Below the pieces are notes generated by a model. The model was not told the DNA's origin. It ran no database searches and saw only the letters and a list, made by a program, of their open reading frames with translations. This document shows, piece after piece, positions 1 through 10,700 of a stretch of 64,000 bases of DNA (within the stretch, counting starts at the first letter, position 1; every line of letters begins with the position of its first letter). Location: the NCBI GenBank assembly GCA_949288805.1, contig CASELL010000003.1, positions 1,789 through 65,788 on the forward strand, read 5' to 3'. A program made the position numbers and the translations under genes. Source of the stretch: an uncultured Alphaproteobacteria bacterium. GTDB taxonomy: Bacteria; Pseudomonadota; Alphaproteobacteria; Rickettsiales; UBA1997.

Positions 1-1199
1 TCATTTTCTACATCAATTTTTCCATTATGTGGTATAATTTTAAAACCATCATCACTTAAATTATAAAATTTAACATATTTATTATGTGGATGTGGTATTC
101 CTTTTGTCCAACCAAAAATAGCAGTAGAAACTGACCTATTTTGTTCACTAAAAAGATCAGATGGCATTTTTAAATAAAAATCTAATGTATTATATTTTAA
201 TAATTCCTCAATATCCTTGTTTATCTTTTGAAAAGTATTTTCTTTTATAATTACAATTAATTTTCCACCTACTTCTAAAAAATCTAAACCTTGTTTTGTA
301 AAAAGAAAACAATTATTTCCTTCATAAGGTGGGTTTATTATACATTTTGTAGGTTTTAAAGATTTAATATAATCAAAAAATCCATTATCTCCAAAAGTTA
401 TATCATCTTTAATAGTATCTTTATCATATAATTGACTTCTGCCATCACCATGTAAAAACATATTGCTACATGCCAAAACAAATAATTTTGTATCAATTTC
501 ACTACCAATCAATTGTCTATTATGTATTTCTTTCTTTTTTTCTTCGTCAATATCATTAAAAGATTCCATTTTTTCCATAGCTTCCATAAGAAAACCACCG
601 GTCCCCATACAAGTATCTAAAACAACATCATCTTTGTTTAAATCTGATAATTCAATCATTAAATGCTTTATATGATCTGGTGTTAAAATTATATTTTTAT
701 TATCAACTTTTCCTGCTTTTGATAAAAATATTTTATATGCTCTACCTAAAATATCTTGTTTTTGTCCCGCTCTAAAACTTTTATATATTTTTTCATTGAT
801 TTGATATATAATTTCTTTATATTCATATAAATCAATATCTAAATTTCTAATAAATATAAATTGATCTTTCCATTTTTCTTTCGATGTTGTATTTATTTTA
901 TTACTTATTAATTTATCAACAATATCAATCATTGTATTTGATATCTTATAAACAGCCTCTTTTTTATATTCAATTTCTTTTGCTTTCTTATTCTTAATTG
1001 GAACATCAGCAATTTTTTCTTCATAAATATTTATTTGATTATCAACTTCATGTAATAATTTTAATTCTTTTATTGCTATCATTATAGCACTAAAAAATAA
1101 ACTCCTATCTGTATCTTTAAGAGTTCTTATTTTATGTAATTTTTCATTTAAATTATTTAAAACTTTTTTTAACTCATCTTCTGTTATTTCTTCTCTTAC
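1..1199 (-). CDS. N6-adenine DNA methyltransferase module (gamma class, N6_Mtase/HsdM-like). The 3' end lies beyond the left window edge. Probably part of a disrupted type IIG-like R-M gene.
   Basis: Manual minus-strand translation (codons 1199-1197, 1196-1194, ...) is open from 1199 to base 1. Motif I VLDTCMGTGGFL is at about nt 591-626 and motif IV IINPPYE has NPPY at 324-335; the I-before-IV order indicates gamma class. The first in-frame ATG is at 1080-1082. It is not in the supplied track because it runs off the edge. Confidence 0.8.
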
Positions 1200-1250
1200 C
1201 TCTATTTCTTGATTTAATTCAATTTTATTAAATAAAATTTTTAAAATATT

Positions 1251-1664
1251 TATATTGTTTGTATTAAAATCATAAGTTGCTAAATCTTTATCATTCGGTA
1301 TTGCTTCTATTATCTTATTTATAATATTGTCTTTTAAATTAGATGGAGTTAATTTATTCCAATTTATATCTTTTATTTCATTCAATCTATTTTTTACAAT
1401 ATTTGTTTTCATAAAAGATAATCCTTTTTCATCAAAAACACCTATATATTTTTTAAATGGTATATTGTGCTTTTTATGTGTAGCTATTAATTGAGCATAC
1501 ATTTCAGGATAAGTTGTTTTAGAATTATATTTACTTTCAAAAGTTATGTTATTACAAACTAAATCAATTTTATTTTGTTCAACTTTACCTTCTCCATTAA
1601 AAAATAATTTTAAAAAAACATTTTTTAAATTCTGCTCACTACCAGCATTTAACAATTCTTGCAT
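1251..1664 (-). CDS. 137-aa ORF upstream of, and possibly formerly fused to, the methyltransferase; possible PD-(D/E)xK nuclease module
   Basis: Manual translation gives ATG at 1662-1664 and TAA at 1251-1253 (MQELLNAGSEQNLKNVFLKLFFNGEGKVEQNKIDLVCNNITFESKY...DFNTTI). It is absent from the supplied ORF track. The D-x8-E-x-K pattern IDLVCNNITFESK (nt 1530-1565) resembles the catalytic motif of MmeI-type enzymes, but this is a weak, motif-only call. Confidence 0.45.
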
Positions 1665-1707
1665 GAATAAAAAAGTATTTATATATTAATAATCTAATAT
1701 AATATTT

Positions 1708-2119
1708 CTAATATTCAACATAATTATTAACATGACAAATAGCGATAGCAAGAGCATCTGCTTCATCTTCTGTTTTTAAATCAACAGCAGGCAAAAGAGT
1801 TTTTACCATCATACCAACTTGATCTTTTGTAGCTTTACCAACTCCTGTAACACTTTTTTTTATAGTATTAGGTTTATATTCTTAATGAGCTAATTGGATT
1901 ATTATTTACAAAAGTTTCTTCTATTGAAAAAAAATCCGGTTTATATTCTTTTATTATCTTTGTCAATTCATCATAAATATTCTTTAATCTTAATTCTATT
2001 GATATTTTTGTGTCTGTAAATATAGTTCCACTAGCAACATATTTTAAATTATTGTTGTTAAAACTAACAACTCCAAAACCCGTTTTTATTAATCCAGGGT
2101 CAACTCCTAATACTATCAT
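1708..2119 (-). pseudogene. ruvC: Holliday junction resolvase RuvC, disrupted by an internal deletion plus frameshift
   Basis: The N-terminal 81 codons (MIVLGVDPG...FFSIEETF) end at the stop at 1874-1876. The C-terminal remnant [48 protein letters not shown] (stop 1708-1710) follows in another frame. About 20 residues equivalent to E. coli RuvC GQARGV...FEY are missing. Confidence 0.8.
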
Positions 2120-2120
2120 A

Positions 2121-4739
2121 TTAAAATATTAAATCATTAAATTCTTCAGTTGTGTTTTTATTTAAGGAATTACCATCATCAGAAGATACATCACCATTAA
2201 AGTAATATTGATTGTTTTCTTCTACATTGTCTTCTTCATTATATATTCTAAAAACATTTTCTTCTTCATTATTATAATGAGTATCTTCTTCAATATCTTT
2301 TAAATCTTTTGTTTTAAAAGCCTCAAAAATTATATTCCTGTCTTTTGATATTAATGTCGGTGATTTACCAGTGGAAGAATCTATTCTCTTTAAAACTATA
2401 TCAGATGGAACCCTAAATGGTATAGATGGTTCATCTTTTAATATTACCTTTGCAGCATCTATAAATATAGGTAGAGCAGCCCTAGAACCAGTTTCATTTT
2501 CCCCTAAACTTCTATTATCATCAAAACCAACATACACACCAATAACAATATCAGGAGAAAAACCAATAAACCAAGCATCTCTAAAATCATTACTTGTTCC
2601 AGTTTTACCACCAATAATTTTTCCTATACTTTTAGCTCTCCAAGCAGTTCCATAATTAACAACACCCTCTAATATTGATATAATTTGATAAGTACTTGCT
2701 TCATCGGAAATACTTTTTCTATCTTCTTCTAAAAATGGAACCTCAATATCTTCTATTTTTAATTTTTTGTCTGTTATTATACAATTTTTACATTCCCTTT
2801 CGTCTCTTTTATATATGGTTTTTCCATATTTATCTTGTATTTTTTCTATTGTTTCAATATCAATATATTTACCACCATTAACTATCATAGAATAAGCTCT
2901 AGCCATATTTATTAAATGAGATTCTACAGATCCAAGAACAACAGAATAAACTCTTTTTGGTCTCTCGTTTATACCAAATCTTTTAATTGTATTAGTAACT
3001 TTAGAAACTCCCAATTCACTAACTAATCTAACAGTAGCAACATTATAAGAGTTTTGTAAAGCAGTTCTTAATGTAACAAGTCCATGATATGTATTAGAAA
3101 AGTTTTTAGGTCTGTAATTAGGAACTCCCATACCTTGTGGTAAAACTATTTCTTCATCCATTATGGTATCTGTTGGCTTATATCCATTTTCAAAAGCAGT
3201 TAAATAAACAAAAGGTTTAATAACCGAACCAGGTTGTCTTTTTGCCTGTGTAACTCTATTAAATGTAATTTCCGAATCTATGTAACCACCAACCATTCCC
3301 AAAACTCTACCAGTATGCGGATCAAGAGCAACCGCACCACCATTAACCTGTGGAGTTTGTTTTACTAAATAACCACTTCTAATTGTCGGTCCAACGAAAA
3401 TAACATCACCTATTTGTAAATTAACATCGTTTGTTGTTTTTACTTCATATTTAACTTCAACTTCATTGCCTTCTTCATCAGTTATTGTCATATTTAATAA
3501 ACTAGGATCTATAACCCATTTTATATTACTTAATAATAAATAACTTTTTTTAGCCTTTATACCATTAATTTCAACTAGTTCATCATATTCATAATTTTCA
3601 GTATCTTTATTTTCTAAAAGTCCTATAACTATTCTATCTTCTAATTTTTCTAAAATAACAGCTCTTTGCCAATCTTCTCTATAATATTCTTTAATTTCAA
3701 ATTCTTTTAATTTTTCAGCCCAATTATTATTAAAATCCTTATTGTTATCAGCTATATTTCCTAAAGACTTTCTATAACCATGTCTTCTATCATAAGCCTC
3801 TAATCCATTTTTTAGAGCATCATCAAGAGCTTTTTGAATTTTTGGCTCTATTGTTGTAGAAACAACAAAACCATCTTTCATTAAAGATTCCTCAGAATAC
3901 ATATTTGATAAAGTTTTTCTAACTTCTTCTACATAGGCACCATAATTAAAATCTCTATTAAATTCCCTTTTTTGTAGATTTATTGGTTGTGTTATGGCTT
4001 TTTCATACTCACTTTTTCCTATATAACCATCTTTATACATTCTTTCTAAAACCCAATTTCTTCTAGCTAAAGCAGCATCATAATTGTTAACAGGATTTAA
4101 TTTTCCAGGTGCTTTTGGCATAGCAGCAAGCAAAGCAGCCTCTTCTGTTGTAATTTCATTCAATGATTTATTAAAATAATTTAAGGCAGCAGAAGCAACA
4201 CCATAAGCATTATTTCCAAGATAAATATGATTTAAATACAATTCTAAAATTTTATCTTTACTAAAATCTTTTGTAATTCTATAAGATAAAATTGCTTCTT
4301 TAATTTTTCTTTCAATCGTTCTTTCGTTTGTTAGTAGTAAATTTTTTACAACTTGTTGAGTTATAGTACTACCACCTCTAAACTGTTGCTTATTAAAATA
4401 AGCAAAAACATTATAAATAGAAGCTGATATTATGGCTTGAGGGTCTATTCCTCTGTGTTTATAAAAGTTTTTATCTTCCGCAGATATAAAAGCATTTTTA
4501 ACTACATTTGGTATATTTTCTATTGGAGTAAAAATCCTTTTTTCATCCGCATATTCTTTCAATAAAATACCATTACTACTATATAACCTAGATGTTATGG
4601 ACGGTTGATAATCTTCAAGATTTGTATGTTTAGGAACCTTAAAACTATAATAAACAAACACACTAACAACAGCAATAGTTCCAATAGCAAAACATATCAG
4701 TCCAAAAAAAAATAAAAACTTAAATATTTTTTTCTTCAT
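2121..4739 (-). CDS. mrcA: Penicillin-binding protein 1A (bifunctional transglycosylase/transpeptidase)
   Basis: 872 aa with an N-terminal TM segment. It carries the GT51 motifs EDKNFYKHRGID and GGSTITQQ and a transpeptidase region with SVIKP and KTGT. The C-terminal tail is acidic and Asn-rich low complexity. Confidence 0.93.
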   Translation of the reverse strand: MKKKIFKFLFFFGLICFAIGTIAVVSVFVYYSFKVPKHTNLEDYQPSITSRLYSSNGILLKEYADEKRIFTPIENIPNVVKNAFISAEDKNFYKHRGIDPQAIISASIYNVFAYFNKQQFRGGSTITQQVVKNLLLTNERTIERKIKEAILSYRITKDFSKDKILELYLNHIYLGNNAYGVASAALNYFNKSLNEITTEEAALLAAMPKAPGKLNPVNNYDAALARRNWVLERMYKDGYIGKSEYEKAITQPINLQKREFNRDFNYGAYVEEVRKTLSNMYSEESLMKDGFVVSTTIEPKIQKALDDALKNGLEAYDRRHGYRKSLGNIADNNKDFNNNWAEKLKEFEIKEYYREDWQRAVILEKLEDRIVIGLLENKDTENYEYDELVEINGIKAKKSYLLLSNIKWVIDPSLLNMTITDEEGNEVEVKYEVKTTNDVNLQIGDVIFVGPTIRSGYLVKQTPQVNGGAVALDPHTGRVLGMVGGYIDSEITFNRVTQAKRQPGSVIKPFVYLTAFENGYKPTDTIMDEEIVLPQGMGVPNYRPKNFSNTYHGLVTLRTALQNSYNVATVRLVSELGVSKVTNTIKRFGINERPKRVYSVVLGSVESHLINMARAYSMIVNGGKYIDIETIEKIQDKYGKTIYKRDERECKNCIITDKKLKIEDIEVPFLEEDRKSISDEASTYQIISILEGVVNYGTAWRAKSIGKIIGGKTGTSNDFRDAWFIGFSPDIVIGVYVGFDDNRSLGENETGSRAALPIFIDAAKVILKDEPSIPFRVPSDIVLKRIDSSTGKSPTLISKDRNIIFEAFKTKDLKDIEEDTHYNNEEENVFRIYNEEDNVEENNQYYFNGDVSSDDGNSLNKNTTEEFNDLIF

Positions 4740-5253
4740 AATCTTTTCTAGTTAATTTAAAAAAATGTAAATCTTTACCAAATTCTTTTTCGGTTTTAAT
4801 TAACTTAAAACCAATTTTTTTTAATAATTTAACAGAAGCCACATTTTCATCAAAAGCACTACAAGTTAGTTCTTTTATATCTTTAAAATTATCAAATATA
4901 TAATTTTTAACAATATTTCCAACCTCTGTTCCTATACCTTTACCCCAATATTTTTTTCTATAAGCATAACAAAAATTATTTTCATTTAACCAAGTCCTAA
5001 TAACTCCACATTGTCCTATAAACTCATCGTTTTTATCATAAATGGCCCAATAACTGTAACCATACTTATTTTGTGCTATTGCGATATCTTCATATTTTTC
5101 AACACATTCTTTAAATGTTTTTGGTTTTCCATCATTATGATTAACATATTTAGCAACAACTGGATCTTGATTTATCTCACAAAATAAATCAAAATTATCC
5201 ATTGTAAAAGTTTTTATTTTATATTTATCTGTCTCAAAAATTAACTCACTCAT
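4720..5253 (-). CDS. GNAT family N-acetyltransferase (RimJ/RimL-like)
   Basis: 177 aa with a GNAT core pattern (YWGKGIGTEV) and typical size. It overlaps the mrcA start by 20 nt. Confidence 0.7.
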   Translation of the reverse strand: MSELIFETDKYKIKTFTMDNFDLFCEINQDPVVAKYVNHNDGKPKTFKECVEKYEDIAIAQNKYGYSYWAIYDKNDEFIGQCGVIRTWLNENNFCYAYRKKYWGKGIGTEVGNIVKNYIFDNFKDIKELTCSAFDENVASVKLLKKIGFKLIKTEKEFGKDLHFFKLTRKDYEEKNI

Positions 5254-5256
5254 AAA

Positions 5257-6093
5257 TTACCTGTTATTATTAAAACATTTCAATGTATTTTCTAAAAGAC
5301 AAGCTATAGTCATGGGGCCAACTCCTTTTGGAACAGGGGTTAAATAACAATCTCTATCTTTAAACTCTTCAAAATCAACATCCCCACATATAGAACCGTC
5401 TTCTAATCTGTTTATTCCAACATCAATTATTATTGCTCCATCTTTTATCATATTTGATTTTAAAAATTTAGGTCTACCTATTGCTACAATAACTATATCA
5501 GCTTGTTTTGTTAGTTCTTCAAGATTTTTTGTTTTACTATGAGTAATAATAACACTACAATTTTCATTTAATAACATTTGAGCAACTGGTTTACCAACTA
5601 TATTCGATCTACCAATAACAACTGCTTTTTTACCAGCTAAATCAGTTTCTACTGTTTTTATTAGTTTAATACAACCACTAGCAGTACATGGAACCGTAAA
5701 ATAATTTTTACCAATAAAAAATTTACCAACATTAATAGGACTAAAACAATCCACATCTTTATACGGTGATATAGTAGACATAATTGTTTCAAAATTAATA
5801 TGATCTGGTAAAGGAGCTTGAACTAAAATACCATCAACAGTATTATCATTATTTAATTTTTCTATTAACTCAATTAATTCTTTTTCTGTTGTTTGTTCGC
5901 TAAGTTTATATAAAACAGACTTAAAACCACATTCATTACAAGCTTTTTCTTTATTTTTTACATAAACTTGACTAGCTGGATTATCCCCAACTAAAACAAC
6001 AACTAGACAAGGTTGTCTATCAAATTTATTAACTTCTTCTTTTATAGTTGTTTTTATATTTTTAGCTAATTCTTGCCCATTTATTATTTTCAT
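5257..6093 (-). CDS. folD: Bifunctional methylenetetrahydrofolate dehydrogenase/cyclohydrolase
   Basis: 278 aa with LVGDNPASQVYVKNK, VIGRSNIVGKP and GGVGPMT-like VPKGVGPMTIA motifs. Confidence 0.95.
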   Translation of the reverse strand: MKIINGQELAKNIKTTIKEEVNKFDRQPCLVVVLVGDNPASQVYVKNKEKACNECGFKSVLYKLSEQTTEKELIELIEKLNNDNTVDGILVQAPLPDHINFETIMSTISPYKDVDCFSPINVGKFFIGKNYFTVPCTASGCIKLIKTVETDLAGKKAVVIGRSNIVGKPVAQMLLNENCSVIITHSKTKNLEELTKQADIVIVAIGRPKFLKSNMIKDGAIIIDVGINRLEDGSICGDVDFEEFKDRDCYLTPVPKGVGPMTIACLLENTLKCFNNNR

Positions 6094-6101
6094 TATATTT
6101 C

Positions 6102-6563
6102 CTAATTAACATTATTATAACAATTAATTAATTTAATATCATATAATGGGTGTTCTAAACTAGATACACTAGGACTAGAAGAAAAAAACCAACCATAAAA
6201 AATATTTTCTTTCAATATGCTTTTCTTCTTTTTTTCATTTATTTTTAATAACAACTTATTTTCAACTCTTTCTTCTGGATAAGATTTCCAACATTTTAAA
6301 GCCTCTATTTCTAAATCACCAACCTTTGCAATATCTCCAATTTTTATATCTAAAATTACAGTTTCTCCTGTAGCTTTATTTAAAACCTGTATTTTTGTAT
6401 AATCAACAAACCGGTCGCTTGGTTGGTTTTTTATTAAATTTTTTTCTTCTTCCGGAACATTCTTTGAATTTAAATCATTTAAAAAACTACTTATATCATC
6501 AGACGAATAAGAACTCAAAGAAAAGATAAAAAAAATAAAAAAAAATAAACTACTTTTTATCAT
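6102..6563 (-). CDS. DUF2155 domain protein (secreted)
   Basis: 153 aa with a signal peptide. The core KIQVLNKATGETVILDIKIGD...LEIEALKCW is typical of DUF2155. It is adjacent to mlaD, as in many alphaproteobacteria. Confidence 0.65.
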   Translation of the reverse strand: MIKSSLFFFIFFIFSLSSYSSDDISSFLNDLNSKNVPEEEKNLIKNQPSDRFVDYTKIQVLNKATGETVILDIKIGDIAKVGDLEIEALKCWKSYPEERVENKLLLKINEKKKKSILKENIFYGWFFSSSPSVSSLEHPLYDIKLINCYNNVN

Positions 6564-7005
6564 TTGATGCCTTATTTAACATAAATCTTGTAATTAAATC
6601 TTCCAAATCCATAGTAGATTCTGTAAATTCAAAACTATCCCCATCAGCAAAATATTCTTCATCTCCACCAACTAAAATCTTTAAATATTTACCACCAATG
6701 ATCCCACTAGTGGATATTTTTAAATTACTATCAATTGGAAGTTGAACATCTTTTCTAATTCTTAAAGTTAATGTTGGTCTATAACTTTCGTCTATAAAAT
6801 AACTTTCAACGTCACCAATTTCTATGCCACCAATCTTAACTTTTGTGCCAATATTAACTCCCTCTATATTATCAAAGGAAGCATTTAGCCTATAATAATC
6901 CTTATTTATAGATCTATTGGTAATTCTTATTGTAAAAAATACAAAAAATACAGAAAATATTATAACCAAAAATCCAATTAAAGTCTCTAATTTGTTTATT
7001 TTCAT
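6550..7005 (-). CDS. mlaD: MlaD/MCE-domain outer-membrane lipid asymmetry protein
   Basis: 151 aa with an N-terminal TM anchor and an MCE domain (ASFDNIEGVNIGTKVKIGGIEIGDV). Confidence 0.85.
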   Translation of the reverse strand: MKINKLETLIGFLVIIFSVFFVFFTIRITNRSINKDYYRLNASFDNIEGVNIGTKVKIGGIEIGDVESYFIDESYRPTLTLRIRKDVQLPIDSNLKISTSGIIGGKYLKILVGGDEEYFADGDSFEFTESTMDLEDLITRFMLNKASNDKK

Positions 7006-7085
7006 AAAAAATATAAAATAAATAACTAAATATATTTTAAATTATAAAAATAAAAAGTAAATTATTTATTTTATATTTTATTTTT

Positions 7086-7532
7086 TTACCAAAAACTAAA
7101 AATATTTGAATTAATTCTTATTCTATCAGGATTCATTCTCTTATCTATTTCCATTATCCACAATTCCATTGGAATTTTTTTATTACTTATATTTTTATCT
7201 AACTCTGAAGGGTTTATTCCCAACTCTACCAATCTATCCTCTATTGCTATTCTAAAAGGATATGCTGGATCACCTTCTTTTTCTGCTCTAAACATTCTTA
7301 GATAATCAAAAACACTATTTCCACGCTCATCTGTCTTTTTCATATTTTCTAAAAATTTGTTAGGATCAGAATATTTAACACTAGCAATTAATAAATCATA
7401 AGAACCAACAATTATAGCAAAAATAATTGGGTTTTTAAATTCTTTTTCTAGATTTTTTGAAATTTTTAATCTTTCTTGTTCATAAAGACGTTTTTCTTCT
7501 TCCAATAAATCTTCATCTTTACTTAAATACAT
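7086..7532 (-). CDS. Hypothetical protein (148 aa)
   Basis: Clean ORF in a coding-dense context. I recognise no motif. Confidence 0.5.
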   Translation of the reverse strand: MYLSKDEDLLEEEKRLYEQERLKISKNLEKEFKNPIIFAIIVGSYDLLIASVKYSDPNKFLENMKKTDERGNSVFDYLRMFRAEKEGDPAYPFRIAIEDRLVELGINPSELDKNISNKKIPMELWIMEIDKRMNPDRIRINSNIFSFW

Positions 7533-7721
7533 TTTGTTTTTTATTGTTTACCATATTTTCATTATATATCAATTATTTTAAATGAACAAAAAAATAATAA
7601 AATTAATTTATATACTAAAAATTGTATATTATTAATCCAATATTTTATTTTTTTATAAAACTTCTTGAAATTATTATTTGAAAGTTTAATAATAGAAATA
7701 AACAAAAACTATTTTATTTAA

Positions 7722-10700
7722 ATGAGTAAATTTCAAAAGTTACCGATAGATGGAAACGAAGCAGTTGCTAGAATAGCATATAAAATGTCTGATGTTTTTA
7801 CTATCTATCCAATTACTCCTTCTTCACCTATGGGTGAATTAGCAGATCAATTTTCAGCTAAGGGAGATAAAAATATTTTTGGTTTAAAGCCTAGTGTTAC
7901 AGAAATGCAAAGTGAAGCTGGAGCAGTTGGTGCTATGCATGGTGCTTTACAAACAGGAAGTTTAGCTTCTACTTTTACTTGTTCTCAAGGTCTTTTATTA
8001 ATGATTCCTAATATGTATAAAATAGCTGGTGAATTAACTCCTTGTGTTATGCATATAGCAGCAAGAAGTCTAGCAGCACAAGGTTTATCTATATTTGGAG
8101 ATCATCAAGATGTTATGTCAGTTAGACAAACTGGTTTTGCTATGATATCTAGTGGATCAGTTCAAGAAGCACACGATACAGCTTTAATAGCACATTTAGC
8201 TACTTTAAAATCAAAAGTTCCTTTTATTAATTTCTTTGATGGTTTTAGAACTTCACATGAAATTAACAAAATAGAATTAATTGATGATGAAACTATTAAA
8301 TCATTAATTGAAGATAAATACATAATTGAACATAGAAATAGATCTTTAAGACCTGATGAACCAGTTATGAGAGGAACCGCTCAAAATCCTGATGTTTATT
8401 TTCAAGGAAGAGAAGTTTCTAACAAACTATATAATGAAATACCAAGTATAGTTCAAGAATATTTTGATAAATTTGCTAAATTAACAGGAAGACAATATCA
8501 TTTATTTGATTATTATGGTTCAAAAGATGCAGAAAGAGTTATAGTTATTTTAGGTTCAGGAGTTCAAGCAGTTAAAGAAACAATTGAAACTTTAAATAAT
8601 GAAAAAATCGGTGTTTTACAAGTTAGATTATACAGACCATTCTCTGCGAAAGATTTTGTAAAAGCTATTCCTTCTACTTGTAAAAAAATAGCCGTATTAG
8701 ATAGAACAAAAGAACCAGGAAGCTTAGGAGAACCTTTATATTTAGATGTTGTTTCTGCTTTACATGAGGAAGGAAGAAATAATATAGAGGTTATAGGTGG
8801 TAGATATGGCTTATCTTCAAAAGAGTTCACGCCACCTATGGTAAAAGCTATTTTTGATGAATTAAATAAGTCTAATCCTAAAAAACACTTTACAGTTGGT
8901 ATTAAAGACGATGTAACAAATTTAAGTCTTGATTATTCTAGTGATTTTGCAATTAAAAATAATGATGTAAAAGAAGCTATATTTTTTGGTCTAGGAAGTG
9001 ATGGAACAGTTGGTGCCAATAAAAATAGTATAAAAATCATTTGTGATAGAGAAGAGTATTATGGTCAAGCTTACTTTGTATACGATTCTAAAAAATCTGG
9101 CTCTATTACAGAATCTCATTTAAGATTTGGTAAAAATAAAATCGATTCTACTTATCTAGTACAAAAAGCAGACTTTATTGGTTGCCATCAATTTACATTC
9201 TTATTTAAAATTGATATTTTAGGAAGAATTAAAAATGGTGGAACTTTATTGTTAAATACTCATTATTCTAAGGATGAAGTTTGGGATCGCTTGCCAAAAG
9301 TAGTTCAACAAACAATAATTGACAAAAATGTTAAATTATATGTTATAGATGCTTATGAAGTAGCTGAAAAAGCAAAAATGGGTGCTAGAATTAATACAAT
9401 CATGCAAACTTGTTTCTTTAAGCTTGCTAATGTAATTCCAGCAGAAGAGGCTATTGAAGAAATTAAAAAAGCTATTGTTAAAACATATAGTAAAAAAGGT
9501 CAAGAAATTGTTGATAACAATATAAAAGCAGTAGATGGCAGTCTTGCTAATTTATATGAAGTAAATTATCCTAAAAATATTACAAGTAATATAGAATTAG
9601 ATAAGAGTGTTACTGACGATGCTCCTGAATTTGTAAAAGATTTTACTGCTAAAATCATAGCTGGTAAAGGTGAAGAAATTAAAGTTTCTGAAATGTCATT
9701 AGATGGAACTTTCCCTACTGATACTACAAAATATGAAAAAAGAAATATAGCAGATAAAATAGCAGTATGGGATCAATCAAAATGTATTAGTTGTGGTCAA
9801 TGTGTTTTGGCTTGTCCTCACTCTTGTCTTGAAGCTAAAGAGTATACAGACGATCAAATTAAAAACGCTCCTTCTTGCTTTAAATTCAAAGAAGTATTAG
9901 GTGATAAAACAGGTACAAAAAGATATACAATTCAAATCTCTCCTGAAGATTGTACGGGTTGTAGTATATGTGTCTTAGCTTGTCCTGTTGACGCTTTATC
10001 AATGCAACATAAACACGAAGTTATTGATAACGAAAAAACAAGTAAAAAATTCTTTGATACAATTAAAGGTAATGAAGTAGCAGATCCTAATAATATCAAA
10101 GATATTCAATATAAAGACTCTTTGTTTAAATATTCTGGTGCTTGTGCTGGTTGTGGTGAAACACCTTACCTATCATTAATTACAAAATTATTTGGTGATA
10201 GAATGGTTGTTGCTAATGCTACCGGTTGTTCTTCAATTTATGGTGGTAATTTGCCTACAACGCCATGGTCTAAAAACAAAGAAGGTAGAGGTCCAGCTTG
10301 GTCTAACTCTTTATTTGAAGATAATGCAGAATTTGGTCTTGGTTTTAAATTAAGCCAAGAAACACAAAGAGATGAAGCAATTGATCTTTTAAATAATTTA
10401 AAAGCTGAAATTGGTGAAGATTTAGTTAATGCTATAATTGAAAATTATGGTAAAAATAAAGATCAAGAAATTAAAGATCAAAGAGAAAGAGTTCAAGCTG
10501 TTAAAGATAAATTAGCTAAAATCAATACTTTTGAAGCTAAGCATTTAATAGCAATTATTGATGTAATGGTTGAAAGAAGTGTTTGGATTATAGGTGGTGA
10601 TGGCTGGGCTTATGACATCGGATTCGGTGGTTTAGATCATGTTATAGCAAGTGGTAAAAATGTAAATATATTAGTAATGGATACAGAAGTTTATTCAAAT

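Noticed and set aside
7665-7693. Possible nifJ promoter TTGAAA-N16/17-TAATAA
   Set aside because: The -10 match is poor and the background is so AT-rich that such matches are expected by chance, so it is not reported as a feature.
8564-8830. Antisense and overlapping track ORFs inside well-conserved genes (for example 8564-8830, 11568-11924, 2371-2655, 13796-13984, 31162-31440, 57826-58176)
   Set aside because: Each lies antisense or out of frame within a gene that has strong family motifs. Their products are low-complexity Ser/Phe/Leu/Ile strings of the kind expected by chance.
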